The position numbers and the translations under genes were made by a program. DNA of 64,000 nucleotides from Haliotis rufescens (lineage: Eukaryota): positions 86,614,001-86,678,000 of the forward strand of contig NW_025963779.1 in assembly GCF_023055435.1 (NCBI RefSeq), read 5' to 3'. This document shows positions 23,701 to 38,297 of the stretch, piece by piece (the stretch's first letter is position 1; each line of letters starts with the position of its first letter). The notes beneath the pieces were generated by a model. The model did no database searches and was not told the origin of the DNA. It saw nothing but the letters and a program-made list of their open reading frames with translations.

Positions 23701-25064
23701 ACCTTGAACAATTTTTATCTGAAAATGACTTTGAAGGACTGCATAATGTAAATAACCTTTTAATAGATTCACTTGAACTGTACATAAAACTTTTTATCAT
23801 TCTGTATGCCGATGATACTGTTTTAATGGCCGAAAGCCCAGAAGATTTAAGAAAGTGTCTCACTATATTTGAAGAATATTGTACTATCTGGAAACTTAAA
23901 GTCAATGTTGACAAATCGAAAGTTGTTATTTTTGCCAAGCGCTCCACAAATAGAGTCAGTTTTATGTTAAATGACTCGATTCTTCATGTTGTTAAAGAAT
24001 ATGTTTACCTTGGTATTTTATTTACAAACACTGGTAGATTCTGTAGGGCACTAAAGAGACTGACAGATCAGGCATCTAGAGCAATGTACGCTGTATTTCG
24101 TAAAATTAGAATATTAGAAATTCCTATTGACTGTCAACTGAAATTATTTGATTAACTTGTTCAGCCTGTATTGTTATATGGATCTGAGGTGTGGGGTTTT
24201 GAAAATGCTGTTTTCATTGAACGTGTACATCTTAAATTTTGTAAATATATTCTCAAGTTAAAACAGTCAACACCCGATTACATGGTATATGGTGAACTAG
24301 GGAGGTATCCTCTCAGCATTTTCATTAAGATAAGAATGATTTCATATTGGTGCAAGCTAACATCATCACAAACTAGCCTTTCTAGTATAGTATATAAACT
24401 TATGTTTCAAGTGTCCATTGCAAATCCAGATTACCATTTCCCACTATTAAAAGAAGTAAAATGCATTCTTCAAAATATAGGCTTTAATTACATTTGGCTG
24501 TCTCAAACCTTTATTAGTGCCGCATGGTTGAAACAAAATGTGAAACATGTTCTCATTGATAATTTTCTGCAAAGATGGCGAGAATCAAAGGAAAATTCAT
24601 CTAAAGGTTACTATTATAACATGTTTAAAGAGTTACCATCTCTAGAACCTTATTTACTAGAACTACCAATCACCCAACGCATCTCTCTTGCTCGTTTTAG
24701 AACAGCAAATCATAGATTACCTATTGAAACAGGAAGATGGTATAATATTGTGAGAGAGGAAAGAAAATGTACATTGTGTAAAATTTTTATATGTGATGAA
24801 ATGCACTTTTTATTAGAATATCCAAAACTCTCAGAAATTAGAAACAAGTTTTTGCCTCAGTACTACTGTATGTATCCTTCTGCCGTAAAATTCTCCCATT
24901 TGATGTCCATTACTTATAAGCCAATTCTATTAAAACTGGCAAGTTATATAAGATCATGTATGGAAATGTTCCACTGAAATGTTTTCTTCATTGTATCTAA
25001 TTCCTGTGTCCAATTACATCTCTGTATCACTGCCGTTATTTACGAGAATAAACATTATTCATTC
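20755..25064 (+). mobile_element. Non-LTR retrotransposon (LINE; ORF1 + APE-RT ORF2; tentatively RTE-X-like), inactivated
   Basis: ORF1 coiled coil + SMRDNLLFHGIP (RRM-like); APE motifs LSLNVCG, TET, GDMN, DY, SDAH; RT FVDFSKAFD, GVRQGENLSPFLF, YADD; C-terminal RLPIETGRW..C..C..DEMH; AATAAA + (ATTC) tail; stops and frameshifts. Confidence 0.95.
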
Positions 25065-25333
25065 AGCAACAGTCCTGGTGTTAGGATCTCAGTAACGGTG
25101 GCGCCAGGTACGACTGGAGGGCAAAACATTCGTTCAGTGAGATTTGTTGCATGTTTGTTATGCCAATGTATAATTATTTTTTTCTTGTGGTGCATACGTG
25201 CAGTTTGTTGTATGTTGATACAGTATACTGTCGTGATTGTCAAGACCCAGGCTCGTGGCCCGCCCTCGCTATACAGCCTTAGAACATGAAGCCATGCCGT
25301 CCAACGGCTAATGGAGCCTAGATTAGATTGTGC

Positions 25334-26190
25334 CCCTATATACAGCTCCTACTACCTGGAGCAGGTTGCCACTCTCCCTATATACAGCTCCTACTACCTG
25401 GAGCAGGTTGCCACTCCCCCTATATACAGCTCCTACTACCTGGAGCAGGTTGCCACATCCCCTTTATACAGCTCCTACAACCTGTAGCAGGTTGCCACTC
25501 CCCCTTTATACAGCTCCTATAACTTGGAGCAAGTTGCCACTCCCCCTTTATACAGCTCCTATAACTTGGAGCAAGTTGCCACTCCCCCTTTATACAGCTC
25601 CTACAACCTGGAGCAAGTTGCCACTCCCCCTTTATACAGCTCCTACAACCTGGAGCAAGTTGCCACTCCCCCTTTATACAGCTCCTATAACTTGGAGCTG
25701 GTTGCCACTCCCCCTTTATACAGCTCCTACAACCTGGAGCAGGTTGCCACTCCCCCTTTATACAGCTCCTATAACTTGGAGCTGGTTGCCACTCCCCCTT
25801 TATACAGCTCAAAACACCTGGAGCCGGTTTCCACACACCTGTTATACAGCTCCTACTACCTGGAGCAGGTTGCCACTCCCCCTTTATACAGCTCAAAACA
25901 CCTAGAGCCGGTTTCCACACACCCGTTATACAGCTCCTACTACCTGGAGCAGGTTGCCACTCCCCTTTATACAGCTCAAAACACCTAGAGCCGATTTCCA
26001 CATACCCTTTATACAGCTACTACGACTTAGCAGGTTGCCACACCCCCTTTATACAGCTGAAAACACCTAGAGCCGATTTCCACACACCCTTTATACAACT
26101 CCTACTACCTGGATCAGGTTGCCACATCCCCTTTATACAGCTCCTACAACTTGGAGCAGGTTGCCACTCCTCCTTTATAAAGCTCATCCA
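25334..26190. repeat. 42-bp minisatellite, about 20 copies, with variant units
   Basis: Same unit plus the variant ctcaaaacacctagagccg(g/a)tttccacacacc. Confidence 0.96.
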
Positions 26191-29100
26191 ACATAGATCA
26201 GGCTACCCAGGGTTGCCACACACCCTTACACGATTTTATGCGACCCAAACGTCTTCACCGCCCACAGAACCTAACAGTAATGATTTCCGTATTCCCCTTT
26301 TAGATTGGCCGTAGAATGGTATGGTTGTCCAGACTGTTGTCCCCTTTCAACCATCAGTGTAACCTGGACCAGAATATCACAAGATTTCTGCTCTATACCG
26401 CTCATCGAACCTAGATCCTGGCTGCACCTCCTCCCCCTTCACCCCTCGTAGAGCCTAGATCCAGGCTGCACCCCTCTCCCTTCGGCCCTCATAGAGCCTA
26501 GATGCAGGCTGCACCCCCTCTCCCTTCACCCCCTCTCCCTTCACCCCTCATAGAGCCTAGATCTAGGCTGCACCCCCTCTCCCTTCACCCCCTTTCCCTT
26601 CACCCCTCATAGAGCCTAGATCTAGGCTGCACCCTCTCTCCCTTCACCCCTCATAGAGCCTAGATCAAGGCTGCAACCCCTCTCCCTTCATCCCTCATAG
26701 AGCCTAGATCAAGGCTGCACCCCCTCCCCCTTCACCCCTCACAGCCTAGATCAAGGCTGCGCCCCCTCTCCCTCCACCCCTGACAGCTTAGATCAAGGCT
26801 GTACCCCCTCCCCCTTCACCCCTCATAGAGCCTAGATCCAGGCTGCAGCCCCCTTCACCCCTAATAGAGCCTAGATCCAGGTTGCACCCCATTCTCCTCT
26901 CCAATTCACCCTCATAGAGCCTAGATCCAGGTTGAACTCCATCCCCCCCCCCCCCCCCCCCCCCCCCCCTTCACCCCTCTTAGAGCCTAGATACATGCTG
27001 CACCCCCTCCCCCTTCCGCCCTCAGATACACATACAAACGTCAAAAGAAGTAGAGGTTCGAAGTAAAACGTGAGCTTGATCCTGTGCTGAGATCACGAGG
27101 GTCGGAACTTGGCGAACACCTGACAGGAAGTACAATCTCAGCCCTGTACCACAATGCTCTGCTTCCTGCTAGTGATGAGGTCACGTACATGAAGTCACCT
27201 CACTGTAGCAGAGCTCCACGAATTGTAGATTAGAAACGGCTTCTTTCAGTAGACTAATCGGATTTACGCTTAACTCAGCTTTGCAAAAGCAGGTTAGACG
27301 TAGATGATTTGTTCTTGTCTATTTATTTCACCTTTCGTTGTGTAAATACATCTACGTCATTCTATGTATATGTACATAATACGCGCGTATGTGTGTGCGT
27401 GTGTGTGTCTGTGTGTGTGTGCATGTGCGTGTGTGCGTTCATGTGTGCGTGTGTGTACATCATGTTATTAGACATTTGTATAATTATCCGTCAATGTAAA
27501 TATATATTTCCGGACAGATCAAAAAACGTTTTAAATGGTAAATTGAAGGTCATGAAACTGCCATACCAACCCCCTTGACAATGATGGCTGCATAGCGAAA
27601 CAAAAGGTTCTATCATCAAGATAAATAATTTCATGTAACTGTGTTCAGTAGTGTTGAAACGATTCATCGACTCACTAATTCATCCCGATATCAAAACCAA
27701 CGCTACGATACACAACAAGTTACGGGTGGATAATTGAACGGGAAATACTCAATATTTAACTGTTCACACTTCACATATTCTACAAGCTGACCGACACACT
27801 TGTTTTCTATTTTATAGACCGGGGCGGTGGGGTAGCCTAGTGGCTGAAGCGTAAGATCGTCACGCCGAAGTCCTGGGGCTCGATTTGCCACATGGGTACA
27901 GTGTGTGAATTCCATGCCAGGTGTGATATTGCTGGAATATTCCTAAAAGCGGCGTAAAACCATACGCACTCACTTCCATGCAGTTTGGGGCTGCATTGGG
28001 ATTAATAGGGATTCGCTTCTGTATCAAACTAGCACTCCGTGCGTACAGGTTTACTCTGGAGTTGTGTAAAAGGGTACGAATTGCGACGTCAGTGAATCGT
28101 TCCAGCTCCTCTATTCACTTAACGTAAACGCCTTCCTACTTTCATGTTTTTCTCTCCAAAATAAGAGATAGTCATCAAGTCATTTTAAAAGGTTAGAAGA
28201 CCTAACTTTGCAGGGGTCCTAAATACTTCACAAATGAATTGTCCTTCTTCACACATAAGCAGCACGACATCTTGTTTAAACGTATCTCGCATTACAACAA
28301 TCAAACTAGTGTAATCAACGTATTTTCCTTGTGTCTTGTTATATAAAGCTTACACTCAAATCGTTGATGACTACCTTTAAGCAGTGAAGCCGTGAAGCCG
28401 TGAAGCCGTGATATAACTGAAATACTGTTTAGTCGGCTCGTTCACTGTAATTAATAGTTTGTCATTGTAAACATGTACATAGTGATGTATCTGGTACATG
28501 TACGTACGCTTCATCCATTTGTACATAATGTTCTGTGTATATAACATCATGTCTTCATCGTTCTAATAATCGAATAAAACAATATCAATATAATCGTTCG
28601 TGTGTTTGTATATATCTATCTGAAATATCGGCATGTATGTATTGTGTCATATCACTTATCCAAGGTTGTATTTATTTACCAAATGAAAAGTGGTTATGAA
28701 TTTTTCACACATTGTTTATGGGTAGGCTATCATATTGATACAACAATAACATTATTTCGTGGGTACAGAAATTGATTTGTTTGCATGTGATAGAGATACA
28801 ATCATAATCACATCTAAGGTGTTGACGTTTAAATTAAAATTAAAATGTGAAACAAAATCCCCACTCTCATTGCATGATCATGATATTATGCTATAGGCGG
28901 GAAAGATAGATCCATGTGACCATCACCATCACTTATTTTGCTATTTGGTTTAAAATCCGGATTGATTTCAACGTTATGAAAATATGTGGGCATGTATAAC
29001 AGTTTGCTCAGCTGGGCCCACAGAGAGATTCTGGTCAGTAAGACTTTATATTTTCATTAAATCGTGTTTGAAAACGTGTAGTTTGGGAAGATGTGGGGTC

Positions 29101-29957
29101 CGTCTCTACATATGATGTTGACAGTGACAACCAGGACTAGGTGTTGAGTGAGTGAGTGAGTGAGTGGTTGAGTGACCTTTTCGACAATATTTCAGTTATA
29201 TCACGGCGACTCAGCTTAATGTGGGAGGCACACCCGAAGTGATGCAGGTCGTAGATGTTCATTGCCTTGGTCAAACCCACGAACATGAGTATCGTGTCGA
29301 CAAACCTAGAAACCTATAGGGCATTTAGAGTGTAGTGTGATAGATTATGGTTCAACATCGAGTGACATGTTCCCCGATGATAAATGTCTCTGTAAATTAT
29401 TATTTAAATGCGTTCAGAAGAAACTAAAAATAACTCATACCTTATTAATTACACTAATATATGAAGGTCGGTTATAATAATCTACTAAACATAACAGTGT
29501 AGTCTAACATGTATTTGGGTGACTGTGAACAGTACAAACCGCTACGAGCGTGGGGAAATGCATGGAACGCCAGCATGGGTCTTGTTCTGTGCATAAAACA
29601 TAAGATTGTGCAGTGAGCGTGTTCTTGATGCACCTGTGCAAGGGTTTTCTCTTCCTTTTGGTGGGGTGGTCGAGTGACAACTTCTCTCCTTGTACACTGG
29701 TCTTGTGAAATATTAAAAGCTCTTCTTTATTTCGCTTTCCGTATACACAACACTTCCTGACATGAGTGAGGACGAGTTTATGTCTTGTGAGTGAGCAATG
29801 TTTTACGCCCTTGAACTGTGTTTCATTTACTTCACGACGTGCCAGTTTTATGTGGGAGGAAAACCCCAGTTGGTGACTGTTACTAATTGGGTGAAACCCA
29901 CCAACTCGGGCATGGAGCTGGCACACCCAGAAACATGATCAGGGTCCATCTGGGTTC

Positions 29958-31105
29958 AAGTCAGTCAAAGAAGTTTATTGTACAAAAGGCCACCGGCCCA
30001 TATACAAGAAAGAGTTACGCATGTAGATACAATTACATTTGTTACACATTGGGATATACACGTTGTTTGATTAATTCATTTCTTTTGGCTAATGCATGCT
30101 TAATATAAAGAGAAAGATTTAATATATTTGATTCGTTCTTTGTCGTCAGCATAACTACAAAGGCGTTTATCGGTGACATTGCTATTAAATAATCTTTTAT
30201 ATATTTCTTTCGGAGATCATTGTAAAATGGACAGACAAACACAAAATGAATTTCATTTTCTATCTCTAGCTTACACAATGGACACATTCTTTTCATTTTT
30301 TCAATGGACAGTTTTCTTCCTTCATTTACAAATAGGTCTAGCAAACCAAGTCGATATCTAATTAACTGTTTTCTTAAGTTTTCCGTAGTGAGTACTGATA
30401 AATATATTTCTGGTTGAAGTAAAGTCTTGAAAGTTTTGTAATATTCATAACGCGAACTATCCTCTAAAGTGGAGTGCCATTCTTGGTAGAACATATTTAT
30501 AGACCGATTCCGAAATTCATTAAGAAACATATTTACATTTCCAACTGACTGACATAACCATATAAAACCAAAACCATGCGAAAATAAAAGATTTCTTATA
30601 TGCGATGTCCAAGTATTCTTTCCCGTGTTATCTAAATGTAGAAGCATGTTATAAACTAATTTGGGGAGACGTTGTTCATGCATATGAAGAATTTTAAACC
30701 AGTATTTTAAACATCTGATCTGAGAATTAATATATAATGGGTATCTACCACATTCACCATAAACCATGCAATTTGGTGTAGAAGATCCGACACAAAGAAA
30801 CTTTTTACATGCTAATAAATGAACCTTCTCTAAACAGTCATAACGTTGAAATCCCCATACTTCAGAACCATACAATAAAATTGGTTGTATCTGGGTATCA
30901 AAAAGCTTAAAGAAGATATTAGGTGACATCGATCCCACTTTATGAGAAATAGACATTACACTTATTAAAGCTTTCTTTGCACGCAAGGACAAGTCAAGGG
31001 CACATTTTTTCCAATTCAGTGTGTGTGAGAACCAGATTCCTAAATATGTGTAGTGATCTACTATATTGACTAACTGACCATCGAATGACCATCTCTCTTT
31101 CGACG
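29958..31105 (-). mobile_element. 5'-truncated LINE of a second family (3' end of ORF2, 316 codons open)
   Basis: ORF 30042-30992 LLYGSEVWG...VYGECGRYPL...CPLC..ENEIHFVFVCP; AATAAA + TGAC tail; absent from units 1 and 4, and the site is deleted in unit 3. Confidence 0.92.
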
Positions 31106-34100
31106 CACGATCTTGTGTTTCTGACAGAACTCTGCCTAGCGCCTCAGACGACTAGGCCGCTCGTACCACCTGTCTGACATGACGAGGGAGGGTAAAGGAG
31201 GACATTCGAAAAATGCAGGTTGTGGGATAGTTTTGACATTGGAGATGAATTCCACTATATTTTCAAATGTAAATAGGGGCGGTCGGGTAGCCTAGTGGCT
31301 AAAGCGTTCGCTCGTCACGCCGAAGACGGGTTCGATTCCCGCCATGGGTACAATGTGTGAAGCCCATTTCTGGTGTCCCCCGCACTGATATTACTGGAAT
31401 ATTGCTAAAAGTGGCGTAAAACCATACTCACCCACTCACTAAAATGTAAATATTTCAATGAACAAAGGGACATGTACATCCAAAACACTATTTAAAAAGA
31501 CCAAACGTGTTACAACTCCAGCAATTATTTAACTGCCATAAGTTATCATTCCAAAACTAACTATGTAAATTTGTAAACATTATAACGAAATTGTAAAAAC
31601 TCTCGGTTAACCTCTGTCCACCGCAATGTAAAATACTGTTTGTACCTTATGTGCCGATGCGCTCGGCCTGAGAGAAATAAAGTGCTGTTCTGTGGTATTC
31701 GGGAGCACTTTGTGTCCTCCATATTTCGTCAACTCCGGCTGAAGGATATCACAAGTTGTACTTCTTACAGCGCGGATATCTTCCCTCACCTATACAAACC
31801 GAACACCTATATACTGGTAGTTGTGTGAAAATTGATGTGTATAATTTTAACAAGAACATTTTTTACAACTATCAAGTGAGTGAATAGATTTCAATCTGCC
31901 ATCGACTGTTTACGGGGTGCTGGAGCAGGCAAACTAGCGGTTGATAGTGTGAGAGTCAAACTGCACAAACAGGCACCGTGACACTCAGCCTTCCATAAAA
32001 GTGCACATTCTTCCTTGATATCCGCGTACAGTAAGCTACGGTTATAACGAAAGACATTTTAGTTTGTTACAAGCGTAGTTCGTTATAAGAATATACACAG
32101 CATATATATGACAAATGATCGGGACCAAACAATACGTTCGTTATCATTAGTCCCTTTAAGAGCGTGTTCGTTATAGACATAGTTTACAGCAACTGCATCT
32201 ACCTCGTGGACACAAATGGACAACAACAGGCAGATTTAAGCCTCGCAACGTTTTCCTATCGTTTGTAATTTGTTGGTCAAATCCAATTTTCAAGGGACCA
32301 TTTTCTTTTGTCCACCAGTTCACATAAATCAATAACAGTAGTTCAGATTCATGTGGCACCAAAGACGATCTGAGCTTTAGTTCACCCCAGTGGTGTCAAA
32401 GGTAGACTATAGATATAGATTATAGTTAAAAATCCCCGGTCCATATATATAGGAGCTTCACGCCGCACTTAGCAATATTCCAGCTATTTGACGGCGGTCT
32501 GTAAATAATCGAGTCTGGAGCAGACAATCCAGTGATTGGCATCATGATCATCGATCCACGCAATTTGGATACGATGACATGCATCAACCAAGTCAGCGAG
32601 TCTGACCACCCGATCCTGTTAGTCGCCTATTACGACAAGCTCGTCACCACTTGGCTAAAAATAATGCCGATGTGACGTTACATTTTAACACACTCACTCA
32701 CTCTCACAACAAGGAAAGTCGCTTTTTACGGCAGGCATGGGTTGCTGAAGACCCATTCTAACCCGTATCTTCACCGGTATGTTTCGAAGAGAAATATGAA
32801 GCCAGTTTTAATATAACTGAATCATCTTGTTCAAACCGCCAACGTTACAGCTACGTGTGGACTCGGTATGTATGTTATCAATGTGGACAACAACCCACGC
32901 ATGGCGTTGGCTATTTATAACCACCCCGTTCTCGTGTCCTCACACTCTAACATTTTACAGACGATTCATTGAGTATTGAATGGAACACAAGTTTTTTGTT
33001 GAAAAGTAAATGCATATATTAACAACGATGTTTGTTTCATTGGAATAATACTTTTGAAAACATAACACGACTAGTGTTTCTAAACGGCGAGTTGGTTATT
33101 TCACAAGTCAAACGTTGTTTGCACGTAGAGATCGATTTAGCGCCTGACTCATATCAAGAGCACATAACTCTACACAATATTCGCAAGTGTTGATTCAGTT
33201 ATTCGGTAGAGCTCCTGCTAGCTGTACAAAGCCAGTGTTCCCTCCGTTGGATTTAGCAATGGTGTCTTAAATTAAAATATGTAATACATCAAGCCGTTAA
33301 GGTTAACCATATCTAAACAAGAACTGATTGAAATAGGAAGCTGAAAGTACAACGTGTATAGTACGTCGGCGATGAAGACTACGTTGTGACTACGTTGTGT
33401 CGACGTTGTGCCTACGTTGTGCCTACGTTGTGTCGACGTTGTGCCTACGTTGTGTCGACGTTGTGCCCACGTGCTACGCTGTAGTCTCGGTGACTGCCCA
33501 CCCGCTGACTGACAGTACTCGGAGGGCCACCCTGCCGAAGAGACACAAGGTAGACGATAGAACACACAGTGAGTATAACATGACAGTTGACCAACACCAT
33601 GTGACAGTGGACAATACTGTTCACTGCCGGAGACGATTCTCTGTTTTATCCGGGTGTATATTCTTTACACAGCCCACTGTCCTGTCTCACAGTTCACCGT
33701 TACTTTGTATGAAGACACGACAGTCTGTTTCTCCATGTACGTTTATGTCAGCTGTCACTTCAGTGTGTGAAATCACAGGGACATATAATACACTCGATTG
33801 TCACTGACAGTAGTTCACAAGGTATCGGATGCCATTTATGTTCTAATGCATAGTAAACGTTACAGCTACACCATCTTCCCGAGTCAAGGAAGTTAACTGA
33901 CTATAAAAGTCCAGTTTCCACCCTCGCTGAACTAGGCTGGAATTATGGAGTTATATTTTGGTCGATTGCAGGATTTGTAAAGCATGTGTACAGCCAACTC
34001 GGAGTCAACAGGTATTTTCCAAATCTTTTCAAGTTTTTAATCATGGTACTCATGTCATTTGATGCACTTCGCGATGTAAGCCCCGTTTTATCACAATATA

Positions 34101-34546
34101 CATTTGATTATCGATCAGATTATTTCGACTGGCGCCGTCATTTTGTTTGAAGCAAACGCAAGTGATATGAGAGGTGGAATCTGATTGGTTAATAGGAGGG
34201 TTATAGAAGGAACGTAACTCGTAATAGCCACTGGTGGCGCAACGATCGAGAAATGCCACTCTAGTTCGGCGAGGGTAGGTTTTTACAGTCAGTTGACACC
34301 TTGCTTCGGGAGGAAGCAGCTATACATGTACTGTGCATATAAATAAATGTAAATGTACAAAAAACAAACAAACTGTTATTTGGTGATTATTTCAAAGATT
34401 ATTTTGTCAGGCATTGAATAATTCGTCGTGGATAGGGTCTTGGAGAAAGTCTGAAGTCATCGCTATGCTTGTTTCACGACAAGAACACGGAGCTGTGCGA
34501 AAGAAATTTTCAAATGTTTCTAAACTTTCTCATTACAGAAGCGGCC

Positions 34547-35341
34547 ATGGAAAAGTCAAAGAACATGTTTTCCGAGGCATGCCTGACAAGTGATGTGGCG
34601 CTTGTAGTCGAGGGTAAAAAGCTGCACGTGAACAAAACAGTACTTTCGCTTGCGTCACCAGTCTTTGAAAAAATGTTCTTTGGGGAATTCAAAGAGAAAA
34701 CCTTATTAGAAGTTCCCCTACCCGGGAAGACATACGACGACATGGTACAGCTGCTTCTGTGCATTTACCCATCGACCACCAATCCGATCACAGCAGACAA
34801 CATTGACGCACTACTTCCATTAGCGGAGGAATACGTTATGACGTCACTAAAACAACGCTGTCGCACGTTTGTCACGACCTACCTGAAACTAAACGTGAAA
34901 ACTTTATCTAAGTCTCAGCTGGTACATTTCATGCATCTAGCAGACAAATATGACTTTGATGATGTTCTTGAGGATTGTCTGACCCAGGCTGTGTACATTG
35001 AATACAGTGATGTCAATGGGCTACAACACCAGGAGGGGTTCCAAGATCTCTGCGACAAGACAGCTGTCCAGTTCTTTAAGCGACGATTGGTGTTGGTGGA
35101 GGGACTTGTCAGACCGGTTTTGGAGAGCTCCACCACTGCTTCCGGGAACCTCCAAGAGGACTTCCAGACTATCATCAGCGGCAAGTGTAACGAGTTCTCC
35201 CACCGCCATGCCAGGCACGAATGTCGAGAATGTAAGGCTGTGTGTTGCGGGCGATGTCGGAATCTCGGCACTGAAGCGATGGAAGATTTAGCTCACGTTA
35301 TCAAGAATATGCTGCCTGCTTTCAAAGAGTCTGAAATGTGA
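34547..35341 (+). CDS. BTB/POZ protein type A, copy 2 (264 aa)
   Basis: Intact ORF, near-identical to A1. Confidence 0.92.
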   Translation: MEKSKNMFSEACLTSDVALVVEGKKLHVNKTVLSLASPVFEKMFFGEFKEKTLLEVPLPGKTYDDMVQLLLCIYPSTTNPITADNIDALLPLAEEYVMTSLKQRCRTFVTTYLKLNVKTLSKSQLVHFMHLADKYDFDDVLEDCLTQAVYIEYSDVNGLQHQEGFQDLCDKTAVQFFKRRLVLVEGLVRPVLESSTTASGNLQEDFQTIISGKCNEFSHRHARHECRECKAVCCGRCRNLGTEAMEDLAHVIKNMLPAFKESEM

Positions 35342-38297
35342 TCGTTTTACAAGTGAGACGTACATTTTGATCTTAGGATACGGACATTCACCAAAAAATT
35401 GAGAATATCAGTAATGAATTGGAGAATAAATCATGTTTCGCCTCAGTCAATAGCACAAAAGCAAAATCAAGGCCACCTGTAAATAAACGAGACCTGGCCA
35501 ACCATTGGCTTAACACCGATCCATAGTTTCCATGTACATACTCAAACAGTTGACACCGGATCCTCATTTAAGTCGTCTTTTACACCAATCCTGTTTATTT
35601 GGGACGTCCACAACGAGGACTTTGTTAAAGACAAATTGTTGGACACTTGAATGTTGTTAATCCTCGTGTATTGTCATCGTGCATAATCATCAGTTTGACG
35701 GTAGTATGTTTTATATAGTCGTTTACGATGTTTTGAGAACTTAAAGTTTGATACACGCGTGAATCACATTATACATGTATTTAACTGAAAAAAGAAATAG
35801 GTGTTCTTGTTTTTGTAATATGCCAGGTCAAATGTTGAAATGCTAGCTGTCTTCAAAGCTTCAGTACCATTACCTTCTAGAACGTTCAGTCTTATATTGT
35901 AATGTGTACATGAAATAACGGGACGGCAGTAGTATATAGGCAGTACTTTGGATCTGCGTACACGACTTGTGCCACTACGTCGGTGGCATCACATTGAATT
36001 ATACTACACTGCCGGGCAAAAGAAAGTATACTTATGGTTGATGGTGGCTTAATTGAAAAAACAAGAACTGGTTATTCGATAGTGATGTATTTGATACGGG
36101 TATCACAGTTGTGTTTTGGGCCTTACGTTTGCAGTGTTTCGGCGACTGTTTTCAACCTAGTAACGTTTTGATAACGTTTGTAATATTTCGGCAAAATCCA
36201 TTTTGCAAGTGTCTTTTGCCCGGCAGTTTACACTAAGCAATAGCAACAGTTTAGTTTCACGTTGTATCAGAGACCATGTGAGCTATACTTCAGCCCAGGG
36301 ATGTCATGCAACTAAGTCCTCCGGTCCACATACATATGCCAGAGTTTTACAAATTCGGATAAATCTTGATTTTTAGCAGTTCATATCTCTGATAAATAGA
36401 ATGTTTGACATATAAATATCAAACGTCAGCGTCAAAGAATAGGCATCAGGTGTTCATGATATGAACAGTTTTACTGTGACAGAATCATCTTGTTCAAACA
36501 GCCGACGCTACAGCTTCGCAAGGACTCTTTGTGTATGTAATGTATGTGTACAAAAAACACCTCACGACATTGGCTATTTATAGCGACCTCGTACTAGTGT
36601 TGTCATGCTTAAACCTGTATACAGACGAATCACTGGTATTGAATGGGACACACGTGACACTACCGACAAACGTACTCTTTAAATGCATGCATAAACAACG
36701 ATGTTTGATTCATTCTAATAACATTTTTTTAAATGTAAGACGACTGATGTTTTTTTATATGGTGAGCTGGTTATTTCACAACAGTCAAACGTTGCAGGTA
36801 CTCTTTTTTAATAGAAATAGATTCAAGAGCAGATAACTCTGAACATTATTCGCCACAGTTTTGATTCAAATTCAATTTCCTGCTGTAAAGAGAAAGTGCC
36901 TGGTGTCTGCGTTGTGGTCTGTGGCCTTGGTGACTGTCTACTCGCCCCCCTGCTCAAGAGATACAAGGTTGACGATAGTGAGTATAACATGACAGTGGCC
37001 TGGCACCATGTGACTAGTGTACAATACTGTTCACTGCCGGAGACGCTTCCTCAGTTTTATCCGGAAGTATATTCTATTGTTTTGAGGGGCGGTCGGGTAA
37101 CCTAGTGGTTAAAGCGTTCGCTCGTCAAGCCGAAGACACAATGTGTGAAGCCCATTTCTGGTGTCCCCCCGCCGTGATATTGCTGGAATATTGCTAAAAG
37201 CGGTGTAAAACCATACTCACTCACTCACTCACTCTATTGTTTTGACACCCTGGCGGTTTCTATGAATAAACGGATTCGGATTCTCGTATCTCGGATTTTC
37301 TCAGAAAAAAACACAATCGGTGGTACATTAGTATGCATTACAATACAGTTCCTAAAGCCTAGATAACATACAAGTAGGGATCCTAGACGATTGCGTAATG
37401 TTTCCGTCTGATGAATAAAAAGAAAACCACTATTAGATCTACCATTAAAAAAAGGTTTGATTCAAAACAAATGATCAAAATATAGTTTCACAGGTGTTAA
37501 CTGTTAATTGAATAAAACTCACTTATTCACTCACCTAAAAAAACAAAAAAACACACGTTTAAGTACCGAACTAATGCAGTTAATATTTTCATAAAATATG
37601 TTTTCACCTCAGTATACAATAAGAAATAGTTTGAATAATGATAAAGCATTGTTTTAAAAATTATGAAAAAACACCAGACTCTTCCCAAACAAGTAAATGG
37701 TCCACCACTGTGTGGAGCCCATGGGCGTCTGCTACACCCAAATATGATATTTCCTTACAACTATTAATGAATGACTTGGTCTTCATTATATAGCGACCCC
37801 AGAGAATAATATTTAGAGTTATATCCCCTCACTTTCTTGACAACTTATTTTACTGCAGTAAATAGTTATTGCTTGACGCCGAACATGCAGTCATGCGACA
37901 ATTCCGAAATAGATGTCTTGATCAATTTGAGAATGTGCTTTACAAATCTTGACCCTCATGATATAAAGCTCAAAGTGTGCTAAGAATACAAATTATGAAA
38001 GGCAATACGTCAAATTTTTGTGCATCTGTTCAAAAGCCGAAGACAATATTAGCGGGAAGACATGATTAATAAACAAAAGTCCGTTGTCGTGTGCAACTCA
38101 ATGCCAACATACTACATTTTACCAATATTCAGTCACATTACCCGTCGAGATGAGTGTATTTGGCCAAAACTGAAACGTAAAAAAATCACGAAAAGGAAAT
38201 TAACAGTCCAAAAACAAACTCTCAGTGGCGCGTATGTGATCGTATGATACCGTCGTCTCATGCTCCTGATATAGAATTTCTTATTACAGAAGCGGTC

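Larger units (their letters stand above)
7549..25064 (+). repeat. Segmental duplication unit 1 (minisatellites, SINEs, BTB-A1, BTB-B1, LINE)
   Basis: Collinear homology with the following units; the marker agcaacagtcctggtgttaggatctcag recurs at about 7660, 25065, 40042 and 58885. Confidence 0.92.
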
